The translations under genes and the position numbers were made by a program. A stretch of DNA of 64,000 nucleotides, from NCBI GenBank assembly GCA_005893305.1, contig VBOZ01000029.1, forward strand, positions 169,072 through 233,071, written 5' to 3'. The stretch's first letter is position 1; each line of letters opens with the position of its first letter. The notes under the pieces are model-generated. The model was not told the DNA's origin and searched no databases. It saw only the letters and a list, made by a program, of their open reading frames with translations. Source of the stretch: Candidatus Eiseniibacteriota bacterium (GTDB lineage Bacteria > Eisenbacteria > RBG-16-71-46 > SZUA-252). Positions 41,934-50,669 of the stretch are shown piece after piece.

Positions 41934-43544
41934 GTGACCGCTCCGGAACCGCCATTGGCGCCGCGCCACCCCTGGCATCCGCGTCACACGGCAATCCTTG
42001 TCGCGATCCTTCTTCTCGGCCTCGGACACCTGACGCCGTTCCTCGGCTACCTCACCGACGACACCTTCATCCACCTTCAATTCGCGAAGAACCTGATCGG
42101 AGGGCGCGGCTTCGCCTTCAATGCCGGGGAGCCGACGTACGGATCGACGAGCCCGCTCTGGGTTCTCCTCCTGGCGGGCGTCGGCCGATTCGTGCCAGGC
42201 GCCGGTGCGACCCCGGCGGACGTCGCCCGGATGCCGGAGATCGCGTGGGTCGCGAAGGCGTGCGGGGCCGTCTTCCTCGCCCTCTCGCTCCTCCTGCTCG
42301 CGCGCTTGGGAAGGACGCTCGGGTGGCGTCCCGCGAGCGCGCTTGCCCTGCCCGCGCTCCTGGCGGCCCATGCCTGGTCCGCGCGGTGGGCGATCTCCGG
42401 CATGGAGACGCCGCTCGCCGTCTTCCTTGTCGTGCTCGCGCTGGGGGCCGTAGCACGGGCCGCGATCGAGGGAAGGGGAGGGTTCCTCGCCGGGCTTTTT
42501 CTCGGCCTGGCGACGCTGGCTCGGCCGGAGTGCTGGATCCTCGCCGCGCTCGGGGTGGGCGCGGTCGCGCTCGCGGCCGAGGAGGGGCGCGGCAAGCGGA
42601 CGCTCGCGGCGCTCGCGGGCGTCGCGGCCGGCGCCGGCCCATGGCTCGTGGACGCCTGGCTCCTGTTCCACCGGCTGCTCCCCAACACCAGCGCTGCGAA
42701 GGCGGGCGCACCGTTCGTGCCGGGCCTCATGATCTCGGCGCTCCGGGCCTCCCTCCGGATCCTGATCTCGACGGACGCGATTCCGATCGCGCTGGCCGTC
42801 GTGGCCATGGCGCTCGCGGGGCCGGGACTCCTACGCTCCCTGCCGCGGGGCCGGCGTGCGTTCTGGCTCATGGCCGGAGCGTGGCCGCTCCTCCTCGTGG
42901 CGGGGCTCGCCGCCGGCGGCGTTCAAGTGATCTCGAGATACCTCCTCCCCGCCGTTCCCTCGCTCCTCCTCCTGGGAGTCGCCTCGCTCCAATGGGCCTC
43001 CGGCCGGCTGGGGGCGCGGCGCCAGGTCCTGGCCGTCGTCCTCCTCGTCGCCCTCTACGCGGCGCCCAACGCGTACCTCACGCTGCGATATAGCGCGCCG
43101 CACGCGCGTCGCCATACGGCGGGACTCCGATCCTCGCTCGCGACGTTCGGGCTCTGGGCTCGCGGACACACGCCGCCGAAAACGGTGATCGCGACCCCCG
43201 ACATCGGCGCGTTCGGATATTACTCGGACCGGCCGGTGCTCGATCTGTTCGGCCTGGTCACGCCCGCCATGGCCCCGATCGCGGTCCGCGAGGGGTACGA
43301 CGCGATCGTCGACCGCCTCCTCTTCGAGAGGGTGGGCCGTCCGTCATACTTGATCGATCGCGCCCGTGAAGCCAACCGCCTCGCCCGGACCGACGATCCC
43401 GCCAACCCCTACGTCTTTACGGTAGCGCGCGAGATCTCCGACTTGGGGATCACGCGACCGGCTCCGTATGTCTACTCCCTCTACTCGATCCGGTGGGACG
43501 TGTATGACCGGATGCACCCCCGACTCGCCTTCCAAAACCGTTGA
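41934..43544 (+). CDS. Polytopic membrane protein, putative GT-C-fold glycosyltransferase (ArnT/PMT-like)
   Basis: About 12 transmembrane helices. A first-loop acidic motif YLTDDTFIHLQFAKNLIGGRGFAFNAGEPTYGSTSPLW is typical of GT-C enzymes. GTG start follows the tkt stop. Confidence 0.55.
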   Translation: MTAPEPPLAPRHPWHPRHTAILVAILLLGLGHLTPFLGYLTDDTFIHLQFAKNLIGGRGFAFNAGEPTYGSTSPLWVLLLAGVGRFVPGAGATPADVARMPEIAWVAKACGAVFLALSLLLLARLGRTLGWRPASALALPALLAAHAWSARWAISGMETPLAVFLVVLALGAVARAAIEGRGGFLAGLFLGLATLARPECWILAALGVGAVALAAEEGRGKRTLAALAGVAAGAGPWLVDAWLLFHRLLPNTSAAKAGAPFVPGLMISALRASLRILISTDAIPIALAVVAMALAGPGLLRSLPRGRRAFWLMAGAWPLLLVAGLAAGGVQVISRYLLPAVPSLLLLGVASLQWASGRLGARRQVLAVVLLVALYAAPNAYLTLRYSAPHARRHTAGLRSSLATFGLWARGHTPPKTVIATPDIGAFGYYSDRPVLDLFGLVTPAMAPIAVREGYDAIVDRLLFERVGRPSYLIDRAREANRLARTDDPANPYVFTVAREISDLGITRPAPYVYSLYSIRWDVYDRMHPRLAFQNR

Positions 43545-43677
43545 AATCCGGGCGCCGAAACGCTATCGTTTAGGGGTAGTAAGAGGGCCTACCTCTTGTC
43601 CTGGCGCCGCAGCTCTAACCTGATTAGATCCAGGGACTTCAATCCAAAACATTAACCTGAGCTCGAGGCGCCGCCGG

Positions 43678-46600
43678 ATGATCCGGGCAGCGCCGGTCGT
43701 CGTCGCGTCTTTCGCGGCCGTGATCGGGCTTTCGACGTCCGCCTGGGCGCTCCCGCCGCGGCCGGCGCGGCAGGCTCCCGACGCGGGCCGCGCGGCTCCG
43801 TTCGCCCCGTCGCTCCTCCCGTCCACTTCCGGCTCGCCCGTCGACTGCGTCATCGTGGCTCCCGACTCCATGGCCGACATCTACCAGCGGTTGGCCGACT
43901 ACCAGACTCGGACCGGTCGGGCCACCGTGGTCCGCGGTCTCTCGACGATCCGCGCGCTCGATCCCAGGTCGAACGATCTCGCGCAGGCGGTCCGGAGCTT
44001 CCTTCGATCCGCGTACGAGCTCTGGGGGATACGCTGGGCGATCCTGGCCGGGGATCACGAGGCGATTCCGCTCCGGGTCGTCCGGGTCCTGTCGCCCTCC
44101 CCGGAGGACATTCCGAGCGACGCGTACTACGCCGATCTCGACGGGACGTGGGACGGGAACGGGAACGGAGTCTACGGGGAAGTCGCGGACAGCCTCGACA
44201 TGGTCTCGGACATCGCGGTGGGGAGGCTGTCGGCCAACACGCGCGCCGAGGCCACCATCATGGTGAACCGCGCGCTGCGCTACGCCACCGGGGTCTCGAC
44301 GGCCTCCGTCGGCCAGAACCTTCTCCTGGCGGAGGTCCTCTTTCCCTCGGATTGGCAGCCGGGGCAGTTCATCTCGAGCGACGGCGCCCAGCAGGCGCAG
44401 ATGCTGCTCCCCCGCACGCCGGGCTGCGTCGCCTCGGACCGCTACTACGAGAACTACACCGCCTACCCTGGCTCCTTGCCCTTCACCAAGTCGAACGCGA
44501 TGAGCGCGATCGGCCAGGGCTACCACGTCGTGGCGCACTACGGTCACGGCTCCCGGTCCCAGCTTTCCTTCGGGAACGCGATCATCACCGCGCCGGAGCT
44601 CGCGTCGATCCCGACGGGGGAGTCGACCGCGCTCTGGATCGCGAACAACTGCGCGTCCGCGGCGGTCGACTTCGACTGTGTCGCGGAGCGGATGGTGCGG
44701 TCTCCGAACGGGGGAACCCTGGCGTACGTCGGTGCGACGAGGGATGCGTGGCCCGAGAACACGGCGCCGATCGCGAACGCGATTTTCGACCGGCTGTTCG
44801 GATCCTCCCCGATTCCTCTTGGGGACGCGATCGAAGGCGCGCGCGCGACGATGCTGCCGTCGGGCCGGTCCGAGACCCTTGCCCGCTGGGGCTACTTCGA
44901 GACCATCCTCCTCGGCGTCCCCTCGCTCGACATCTGGAAGTGCCCTCCCGTACCGCTCACGGTGACCCGGCCCAGCTCCGTTCCGATCGGCGCGGGCGGG
45001 TTCGCGGTGACGGTGCAGAAAAGCGGCGCCCCGGTCGAGTCGGCGCTCGTCGTCGCCTGGAAGGCGGGGGAGGACTACCGGGCGGTCTACACGAACGCTT
45101 CCGGGCAGGCGACCGTGCCGTTCCACCCCGCGTCGACCGGATCGTTTTCGCTCGCGGTGACGTCGAGAGGATGCGTTCCCTCCCTCGACTCGCTCACGGT
45201 GTCGGCTTCGGCCCCGGCGCTCTACGTCTTCCTGGGCGCGGCAGCGCGGGACGATCTGGGCGGGGACGCGGACGGAACCGTCGGCGCCGGCGAGCAGTTC
45301 GGGATCGGCGGCTCGATCCGGAACGCCGGCGGAAGCGCGGGGGCGGGGACCCTGCAGGTCACGATGCAGGCGCTCACGGCGGGAGTCGCCGTCAACGTTT
45401 CAAGCGGCGTCGCGCCGTCCCTGGCGGCCGGGGCCCAGACCGCGATTCCCTCGACCCTGAGAGCGCACGCGCTCGCCACGCCCCTGAGCGAGCGCTCCGA
45501 ACGGCTCCGCATCATCGTCGGGGACGGCGTCCGCTCCGATACCACGCAGATCGCGCTCGCCGTCGGAGCGCCCGCGCCGCTTCTCGCCGCGAATGTGTTC
45601 AGCGACGCCGGAGCGGGAGGCAACGGGAACGGCGTCCTCGATCCGGGGGAGACCGCATCGCTTGCGTACACCGTGGGAAACGACGGCGGCGCGCGCGCGC
45701 GGAGCGTGACGGTCCAGGTCTTGAACCCGGCTTCCGGGGTCACGCTCATCGACACGAACGCGACCCTGGGCGACGTGGCCGCGGGCGCCACCGCCACGAC
45801 GCCCGCGCTCCGATTCTCGGTCACCGCCGTTCCCTCAGGACGCCTCTACGACCTCAAGCTTCAAGATACGTACGGGCATTCGTGGACCTTCCCGATCGAG
45901 CGCTCGGCGCCGGGGCAGCCCGCCGCGCCGAACGTCGAAGCCTCGAGCATCAACCGGATCACGATCGGGTGGAGCCCGGTCGGGGCGACCGACCTTCTCG
46001 GGTATCGGGTCTATCGCGGTCCGAACGACGCCAGCACGCCGCAGCCGTTGATGTCGATTCCCGTGCGCCGGATTCCCAGCTACGAGGACGCGGGGCTTTT
46101 GACCTTGACCTCGTACCGCTACCAGGTGAGCGCGGTCGACTCGAGCGGCAACGAGGGGCCGCGCTCTCCCATCCTCCTCGCGAGCACGACCCCGCCGTCC
46201 CTCACCGGGTGGCCCGTCCCGATGGGACAATCGACCTCCTCGTCGGTCTGCCTCGCCGACCTGGACGGGGACCATCGGCCCGAGGTCATCGTCGGCGCGG
46301 AGTACCTCTACGTCCTGCGTCCCGACGGCACCGATTGGCTCGACGGAGATCAAAACGCGATCACGACCGGCATCTTCAGCACCGCGCTCCACTACATCCC
46401 GTCCTCTCCGACCGCCGCCGACCTCGATTTCGACGGAACTCCGGAGATCATCGCGGCGTCCTGGGACGACTCCACGGTCGGTGTGTGGAAGTCGAACGGA
46501 ACGATGATGCCCGGGTGGCCGCGGAAGGGAGCGGCGCCGTTCTGGTCGGTCCCCGCGGTCGGCGAAATCGACGGGGATCCAGGCATGGAAATCGTGGTCG

Positions 46601-47805
46601 GCTCCAACTCGTCCCGGCTCTACGCCTGGAACTCGGACGGCACCGAGGTTCTGGACGGCGACCAGAATCCGTCCACCCAAGGCGTCTACTACGTTCCGCT
46701 CGGAACCACGATCTCCTCGCCCGCGATCGCGGACATCGACAAGGACGGCGTGCGCGAGGTCGTCTTCGGGACCTCGGCGGGGCGGGTCTACGCGCTCCGC
46801 TACGGGGTCCCGCTCGCGGGATGGCCCTTTGTCGCGACGGGTCTCATGAGCTCCTCGCCGGCGATCGGGGACATCGTCCCCGGCGGCGGCCTCGAGATCG
46901 CGATGGCTTCCTCGAACGACAGCGTCTACGTCCTGACCTCATCGGGAACGCGCGCCCCAGGCTGGCCGCGCCCGCTGGAGCTGACGACCGGAAACGGCCG
47001 CACGCCGTCCCCCGCCCTGGCGCCGCTTCGAAAGCACCTCGGAGATCCCTCGCTCTGCGTGATCATCTGCGGGGCGGACGGAAAGCTGACCGCGTTCGAT
47101 CCGGCCGGGAACACGCTCCCCGGTTGGAGCTCGGTCCAGCTGGGCGCGAACGCCGCCACGGAGGCGTCGCCCGCCGTCGCCGATATCGACGGCGACGGCG
47201 CGCTCGAGGTGCTGATCGCAGCGGAGGACCGCCGCCTCTACGCCTTCCGATTCGACGGGACCCCGGTGAGCGGATTTCCGATCGAAACGGGAGCCGAGCT
47301 GCGCGGGACGCCAGCGGTTTGGGACCTGGACGGTGACGGCGCGTGCGATATCGTCGTCGCGGGCTGGGACCGAAACATTTACGCATGGCGCTATCCGGGC
47401 ACCTTCAACCAGGGCGGGATGGCGTGGCCGATGTTCCATCACGACAACTGGCGCACCGGCCTCGCGACGTTCCCGATTCTCACCGCGGTGGACACGGAGC
47501 CGGCCGCCGCGGCCCCTCCGGCCCGCCCGTCCCTCGCGCAGAATCGCCCCAACCCCTTCAATCCGGTGACGGTGATCGGCTATTCGGTCGCCGCGGCGGG
47601 ACCGGAGGAGGTCCGCCTGCGCGTCTTCACGATCGCCGGGCGCCTCGTGCGGACTCTGGTTTCGCGGCGCGTCGAACCCGGCTATCATGAGGCCCGCTGG
47701 GACGGCCGCGACGACCACGGCCTCCCGGCCGCATCGGGGGTCTATTTGTACCGGGCCGATATCGGCCGGACCGCGTTGACGCGGAAGATGACCCTGCTGC
47801 GATAG
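43678..47805 (+). CDS. Giant secreted multidomain protein: N-terminal C25 (gingipain-like) cysteine-peptidase domain, Ig-like/CARDB and FN3 domains, FG-GAP/VCBS repeats, and a C-terminal FlgD-Ig-like/T9SS-type sorting domain
   Basis: C25 hallmarks YYADLDGTWDGNGNGVYGE, HYGHGS (His) and ANNCASA (Cys). At least six FG-GAP repeats (ADLDGDHRPEVIVGA etc.). C-terminus reads NRPNPFNPVTVIGYSV...RLRVFTIAGRLVRTL...WDGRDDHGLPAASGVYLYRAD. Confidence 0.8.
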   Translation: MIRAAPVVVASFAAVIGLSTSAWALPPRPARQAPDAGRAAPFAPSLLPSTSGSPVDCVIVAPDSMADIYQRLADYQTRTGRATVVRGLSTIRALDPRSNDLAQAVRSFLRSAYELWGIRWAILAGDHEAIPLRVVRVLSPSPEDIPSDAYYADLDGTWDGNGNGVYGEVADSLDMVSDIAVGRLSANTRAEATIMVNRALRYATGVSTASVGQNLLLAEVLFPSDWQPGQFISSDGAQQAQMLLPRTPGCVASDRYYENYTAYPGSLPFTKSNAMSAIGQGYHVVAHYGHGSRSQLSFGNAIITAPELASIPTGESTALWIANNCASAAVDFDCVAERMVRSPNGGTLAYVGATRDAWPENTAPIANAIFDRLFGSSPIPLGDAIEGARATMLPSGRSETLARWGYFETILLGVPSLDIWKCPPVPLTVTRPSSVPIGAGGFAVTVQKSGAPVESALVVAWKAGEDYRAVYTNASGQATVPFHPASTGSFSLAVTSRGCVPSLDSLTVSASAPALYVFLGAAARDDLGGDADGTVGAGEQFGIGGSIRNAGGSAGAGTLQVTMQALTAGVAVNVSSGVAPSLAAGAQTAIPSTLRAHALATPLSERSERLRIIVGDGVRSDTTQIALAVGAPAPLLAANVFSDAGAGGNGNGVLDPGETASLAYTVGNDGGARARSVTVQVLNPASGVTLIDTNATLGDVAAGATATTPALRFSVTAVPSGRLYDLKLQDTYGHSWTFPIERSAPGQPAAPNVEASSINRITIGWSPVGATDLLGYRVYRGPNDASTPQPLMSIPVRRIPSYEDAGLLTLTSYRYQVSAVDSSGNEGPRSPILLASTTPPSLTGWPVPMGQSTSSSVCLADLDGDHRPEVIVGAEYLYVLRPDGTDWLDGDQNAITTGIFSTALHYIPSSPTAADLDFDGTPEIIAASWDDSTVGVWKSNGTMMPGWPRKGAAPFWSVPAVGEIDGDPGMEIVVGSNSSRLYAWNSDGTEVLDGDQNPSTQGVYYVPLGTTISSPAIADIDKDGVREVVFGTSAGRVYALRYGVPLAGWPFVATGLMSSSPAIGDIVPGGGLEIAMASSNDSVYVLTSSGTRAPGWPRPLELTTGNGRTPSPALAPLRKHLGDPSLCVIICGADGKLTAFDPAGNTLPGWSSVQLGANAATEASPAVADIDGDGALEVLIAAEDRRLYAFRFDGTPVSGFPIETGAELRGTPAVWDLDGDGACDIVVAGWDRNIYAWRYPGTFNQGGMAWPMFHHDNWRTGLATFPILTAVDTEPAAAAPPARPSLAQNRPNPFNPVTVIGYSVAAAGPEEVRLRVFTIAGRLVRTLVSRRVEPGYHEARWDGRDDHGLPAASGVYLYRADIGRTALTRKMTLLR

Positions 47806-47856
47806 CCGGAGGGCGGACGCCCGCCGGAACGGTCCCACTTCCACCGAGGAGAGATC

Positions 47857-49307
47857 ATGGCGGCGCCCGTGCGGGTGCGCTTCGCGCCGAGCCCATCCGG
47901 CTTCCTCCACGTCGGTGGAGCGCGCACCGCCCTTTTCAACTACCTCTTCGCGCGGCGCCACGGCGGCGCGTTCGTGCTGCGCATCGAGGACACGGACCGT
48001 GAGCGCTCGACGGACGAATCGATCGCCGCGATCTACGAAGCCCTGCGCTGGCTCGGGATGAGCTGGGACGAGGGGCCGGAGATCGGCGGATCGTTCGGAC
48101 CGTACCTCCAGAGCGAGCGCCTTCCGCGCTACGCCGAAGCGGGCAAGCGGCTGCTCGGAGATGGAAAGGCCTATCGCTGCTTCTGCGATCCGGAGGACCT
48201 GAAGCGCCGCCGCGACGAAGCCATGCGCCGGGGCGAGCCTCCGAAGTACGACCGCGCCTGCCTCAAGCTATCGCCCGAGGAGAGCGCGGCCCGCGCCGCG
48301 AAGGGGGAGCCGCACGCGATCCGATTCCGGATTCCGGATGGCGAGACGACGTGGAACGACCTCGTCCGGGGCGACGTGACGTTTCAGAACGCGGTGCTCG
48401 ACGACCTCGTGATTCTCCGGACCGACCGCCATCCGACCTACAATTTCGCCGCGGTGGTCGACGACCATGCGATGGAGATCACGCACGTGCTGCGCGGGGA
48501 CGACCACATTTCGAACACGCCCCGCCAGATTCAGATCTACCGCGCGCTCGGCCTCACGCCGCCGCAGTTTGCCCATATCCCGATGATCCTGGGCCCCGAC
48601 GGGACACGCCTCTCGAAGCGGCACGGCGCGACATCGGTGACATCCTTCCGGGACGAAGGGTTCCTTCCGGAAGCCATGGTCAATTTCCTCGCGCTCTTGG
48701 GGTGGGCCTACGACGGGGAGCGAGAGATCTTCACGATGGAGGAGCTGACGCAGTTCTTCTCGCTGGACCGCGTCTCCAAGAATCCCGCGATCTTCAACTA
48801 CGAGAAGCTGGAGTGGATGAACGGCGAGTATTTCCGCGCGCTCCCGCTCGGTCGCCGGACGGACCTCGTGATCGACCACCGTCGCGCGACCAAGGCGCTC
48901 CCGGAGTCGGCGCTCAAGGACCGCACGTTCCTCATGCGCGCCGTCGAGGCGGCCGGGGACCGGATCAAGCGGCCCCAGCACTTCATGGACTACCCGAGCC
49001 GGGTCCCTGGCAGGATCTTCAGGCGAAGCCCGGCGTCGCCGCCCGCCTGCGAAAGCTCGCCTCGACGCTCGAGCGGGTCACTCCGTTCGAGCACGATCCG
49101 CTGGAAGAGGCCACGCGCGCCGTGGCGAAGGAAGAGGGCGTGAAGGCGGGCGAGGTGATCATGCCGGCCCGGATCGCGCTGACCGGCAAGAAGGTCACGC
49201 CCGGCATCTTCGACGTCATGCTTCTTCTGGGGCGCGAGCGCACGGTGCGGCGGCTCGCCGACGCGGCCGATCGGCTGGAGGCGCCCTCCCCGGCGCCGGC
49301 CGGCTAG
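47857..49307 (+). CDS. gltX: Glutamate--tRNA ligase; reading frame interrupted by an apparent single-nucleotide frameshift near 49005-49015
   Basis: HIGH-type PSPSGFLHVGGARTA and the KMSKS-equivalent LSKRHG lie in the frame of the 47857-49143 ORF. The conserved C-terminal anticodon-binding region (...VIMPARIALTGKKVTPGIFDVMLLLGRERTVRRL) lies in the frame of the 48351-49307 ORF. The combined length is 3n+2 nt. Confidence 0.85.
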
Positions 49308-49310
49308 CGG

Positions 49311-50576
49311 ATGGCGCTCACGCTCCAGACGTTGCGCGTCGCCCTCGTCCACGACTGGCTGACCGGGATGCGCGGCGGAGAAAAGTGCCTCGAGGTCCTC
49401 TGCGAGCTCTTCCCGCACGCCGACCTGTACACGCTCGTTCACCGCCGCGGCAGCGTTTCCAAGACGATCGAGTCCCGAACCGTGCGCGAGTCGTGGATCG
49501 CCCGCCTCCCCGGAGGCCGTCGCCACTATCGCTGGTACGTGCCGCTCTATCCGCTGGCGATCGAGTCGTTCGATCTGACCGGCTACGACCTCGTGATCTC
49601 GACCAGCCACTGCGCCGCGAAGGGGGCGCTCACGCGCGCGGACACGCTCCACGTCTGCTACTGCTTTACTCCGGTCCGATACTTCTGGGATCTCTACCCG
49701 GACTACTTCGGCCCCGGGCGGGGAAGCGCGCTCGGACGGGCGCTGGCGCCCTGGATCGCCCACTACTTTCGAATCTGGGATCGCGTGAGCGCGGACAGGG
49801 TCGATCTCTTCGTTGCCGACTCGCGCCATGTCCGGGCCCGGATCGCGAAGCACTACCGCCGTCCCGCGCGCGTGATCTACCCGCCCGTCGACACCGCCTT
49901 CTTCACGCCCGCGACGATACCGGCGGGTCAACCCGATTCGGGGACCGCGGCGGCCGGCGCGGGTGGCGCCGCGGCCTCGCCCGGCGTGGAGAGCGCCGGA
50001 GGGGCGGCCGCGCCGTATCTCGTCGTGTCGGCGCTCGTTCCTTATAAGGGGGTCGAGCGGACGATCCGGGTCGCGAACCGGCGGCGATTTCCGCTGCGGA
50101 TCGTCGGGACCGGCCCCGAAGAGAACCGGCTGCGCTCCATCGCGGGCCCCACGGTCCGCTTCGACGAGTGGCTCTCGATGGAGGCGTTGCGCGACGCGTA
50201 TCGGGGCTCGAGGGCGCTGATCCAGGCCCACGAGGAAGACTTCGGTATCGCGCCGCTCGAGGCGATGGCGTGCGGCCGCCCCGTGATCGCGCTCCGGAAG
50301 GGCGGCGCCGCCGAGGTCGTCGCGGCGGGCACGGGGGTCCTGTTCGACGAGGCGACGGAGGGGGGCTTGGAGCGGGCCGTCGACGAATTCGAGTCGCGGC
50401 GATTCAATCCCGCCGAGGTCCGGCGCCACGCACTCGGGTTCGACCGGCAGGTCTATCGCGAGGCGATGGAGGCGCTCCTCCACGAGGCGGTTGAAGCGTT
50501 TCAGAGGCGGGAGGCGGATCCTCCCGGGCTCGACCGTCTGGCCGGAGCTTGCGCCGAGCAAGACACTGTGGTATAA
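49311..50576 (+). CDS. Glycosyltransferase family 4 (GT-B, group 1)
   Basis: C-terminal EDFGIAPLEAMACGRPVIA motif. Confidence 0.85.
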   Translation: MALTLQTLRVALVHDWLTGMRGGEKCLEVLCELFPHADLYTLVHRRGSVSKTIESRTVRESWIARLPGGRRHYRWYVPLYPLAIESFDLTGYDLVISTSHCAAKGALTRADTLHVCYCFTPVRYFWDLYPDYFGPGRGSALGRALAPWIAHYFRIWDRVSADRVDLFVADSRHVRARIAKHYRRPARVIYPPVDTAFFTPATIPAGQPDSGTAAAGAGGAAASPGVESAGGAAAPYLVVSALVPYKGVERTIRVANRRRFPLRIVGTGPEENRLRSIAGPTVRFDEWLSMEALRDAYRGSRALIQAHEEDFGIAPLEAMACGRPVIALRKGGAAEVVAAGTGVLFDEATEGGLERAVDEFESRRFNPAEVRRHALGFDRQVYREAMEALLHEAVEAFQRREADPPGLDRLAGACAEQDTVV

Positions 50577-50669
50577 TAGGTTGTAGGATCGCTTTCAACC
50601 GAGTCCCGGGAGACACGCTCCAGGAGGCTCCATGCCGGTTCTTCCGCTTCCGTCTCCCGCGTCGCCGTC

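Noticed and set aside
44148-47336. 1062-aa alternate-frame ORF inside the C25 giant protein gene, and other large overlapping ORFs (e.g. 37855-40149, 39212-41581, 18329-20155)
   Set aside because: These are same-locus alternate or antisense frames of genes that have strong family signatures (M48, transketolase, M3, C25). The translations are Arg/Gly/Pro-biased with no motifs.
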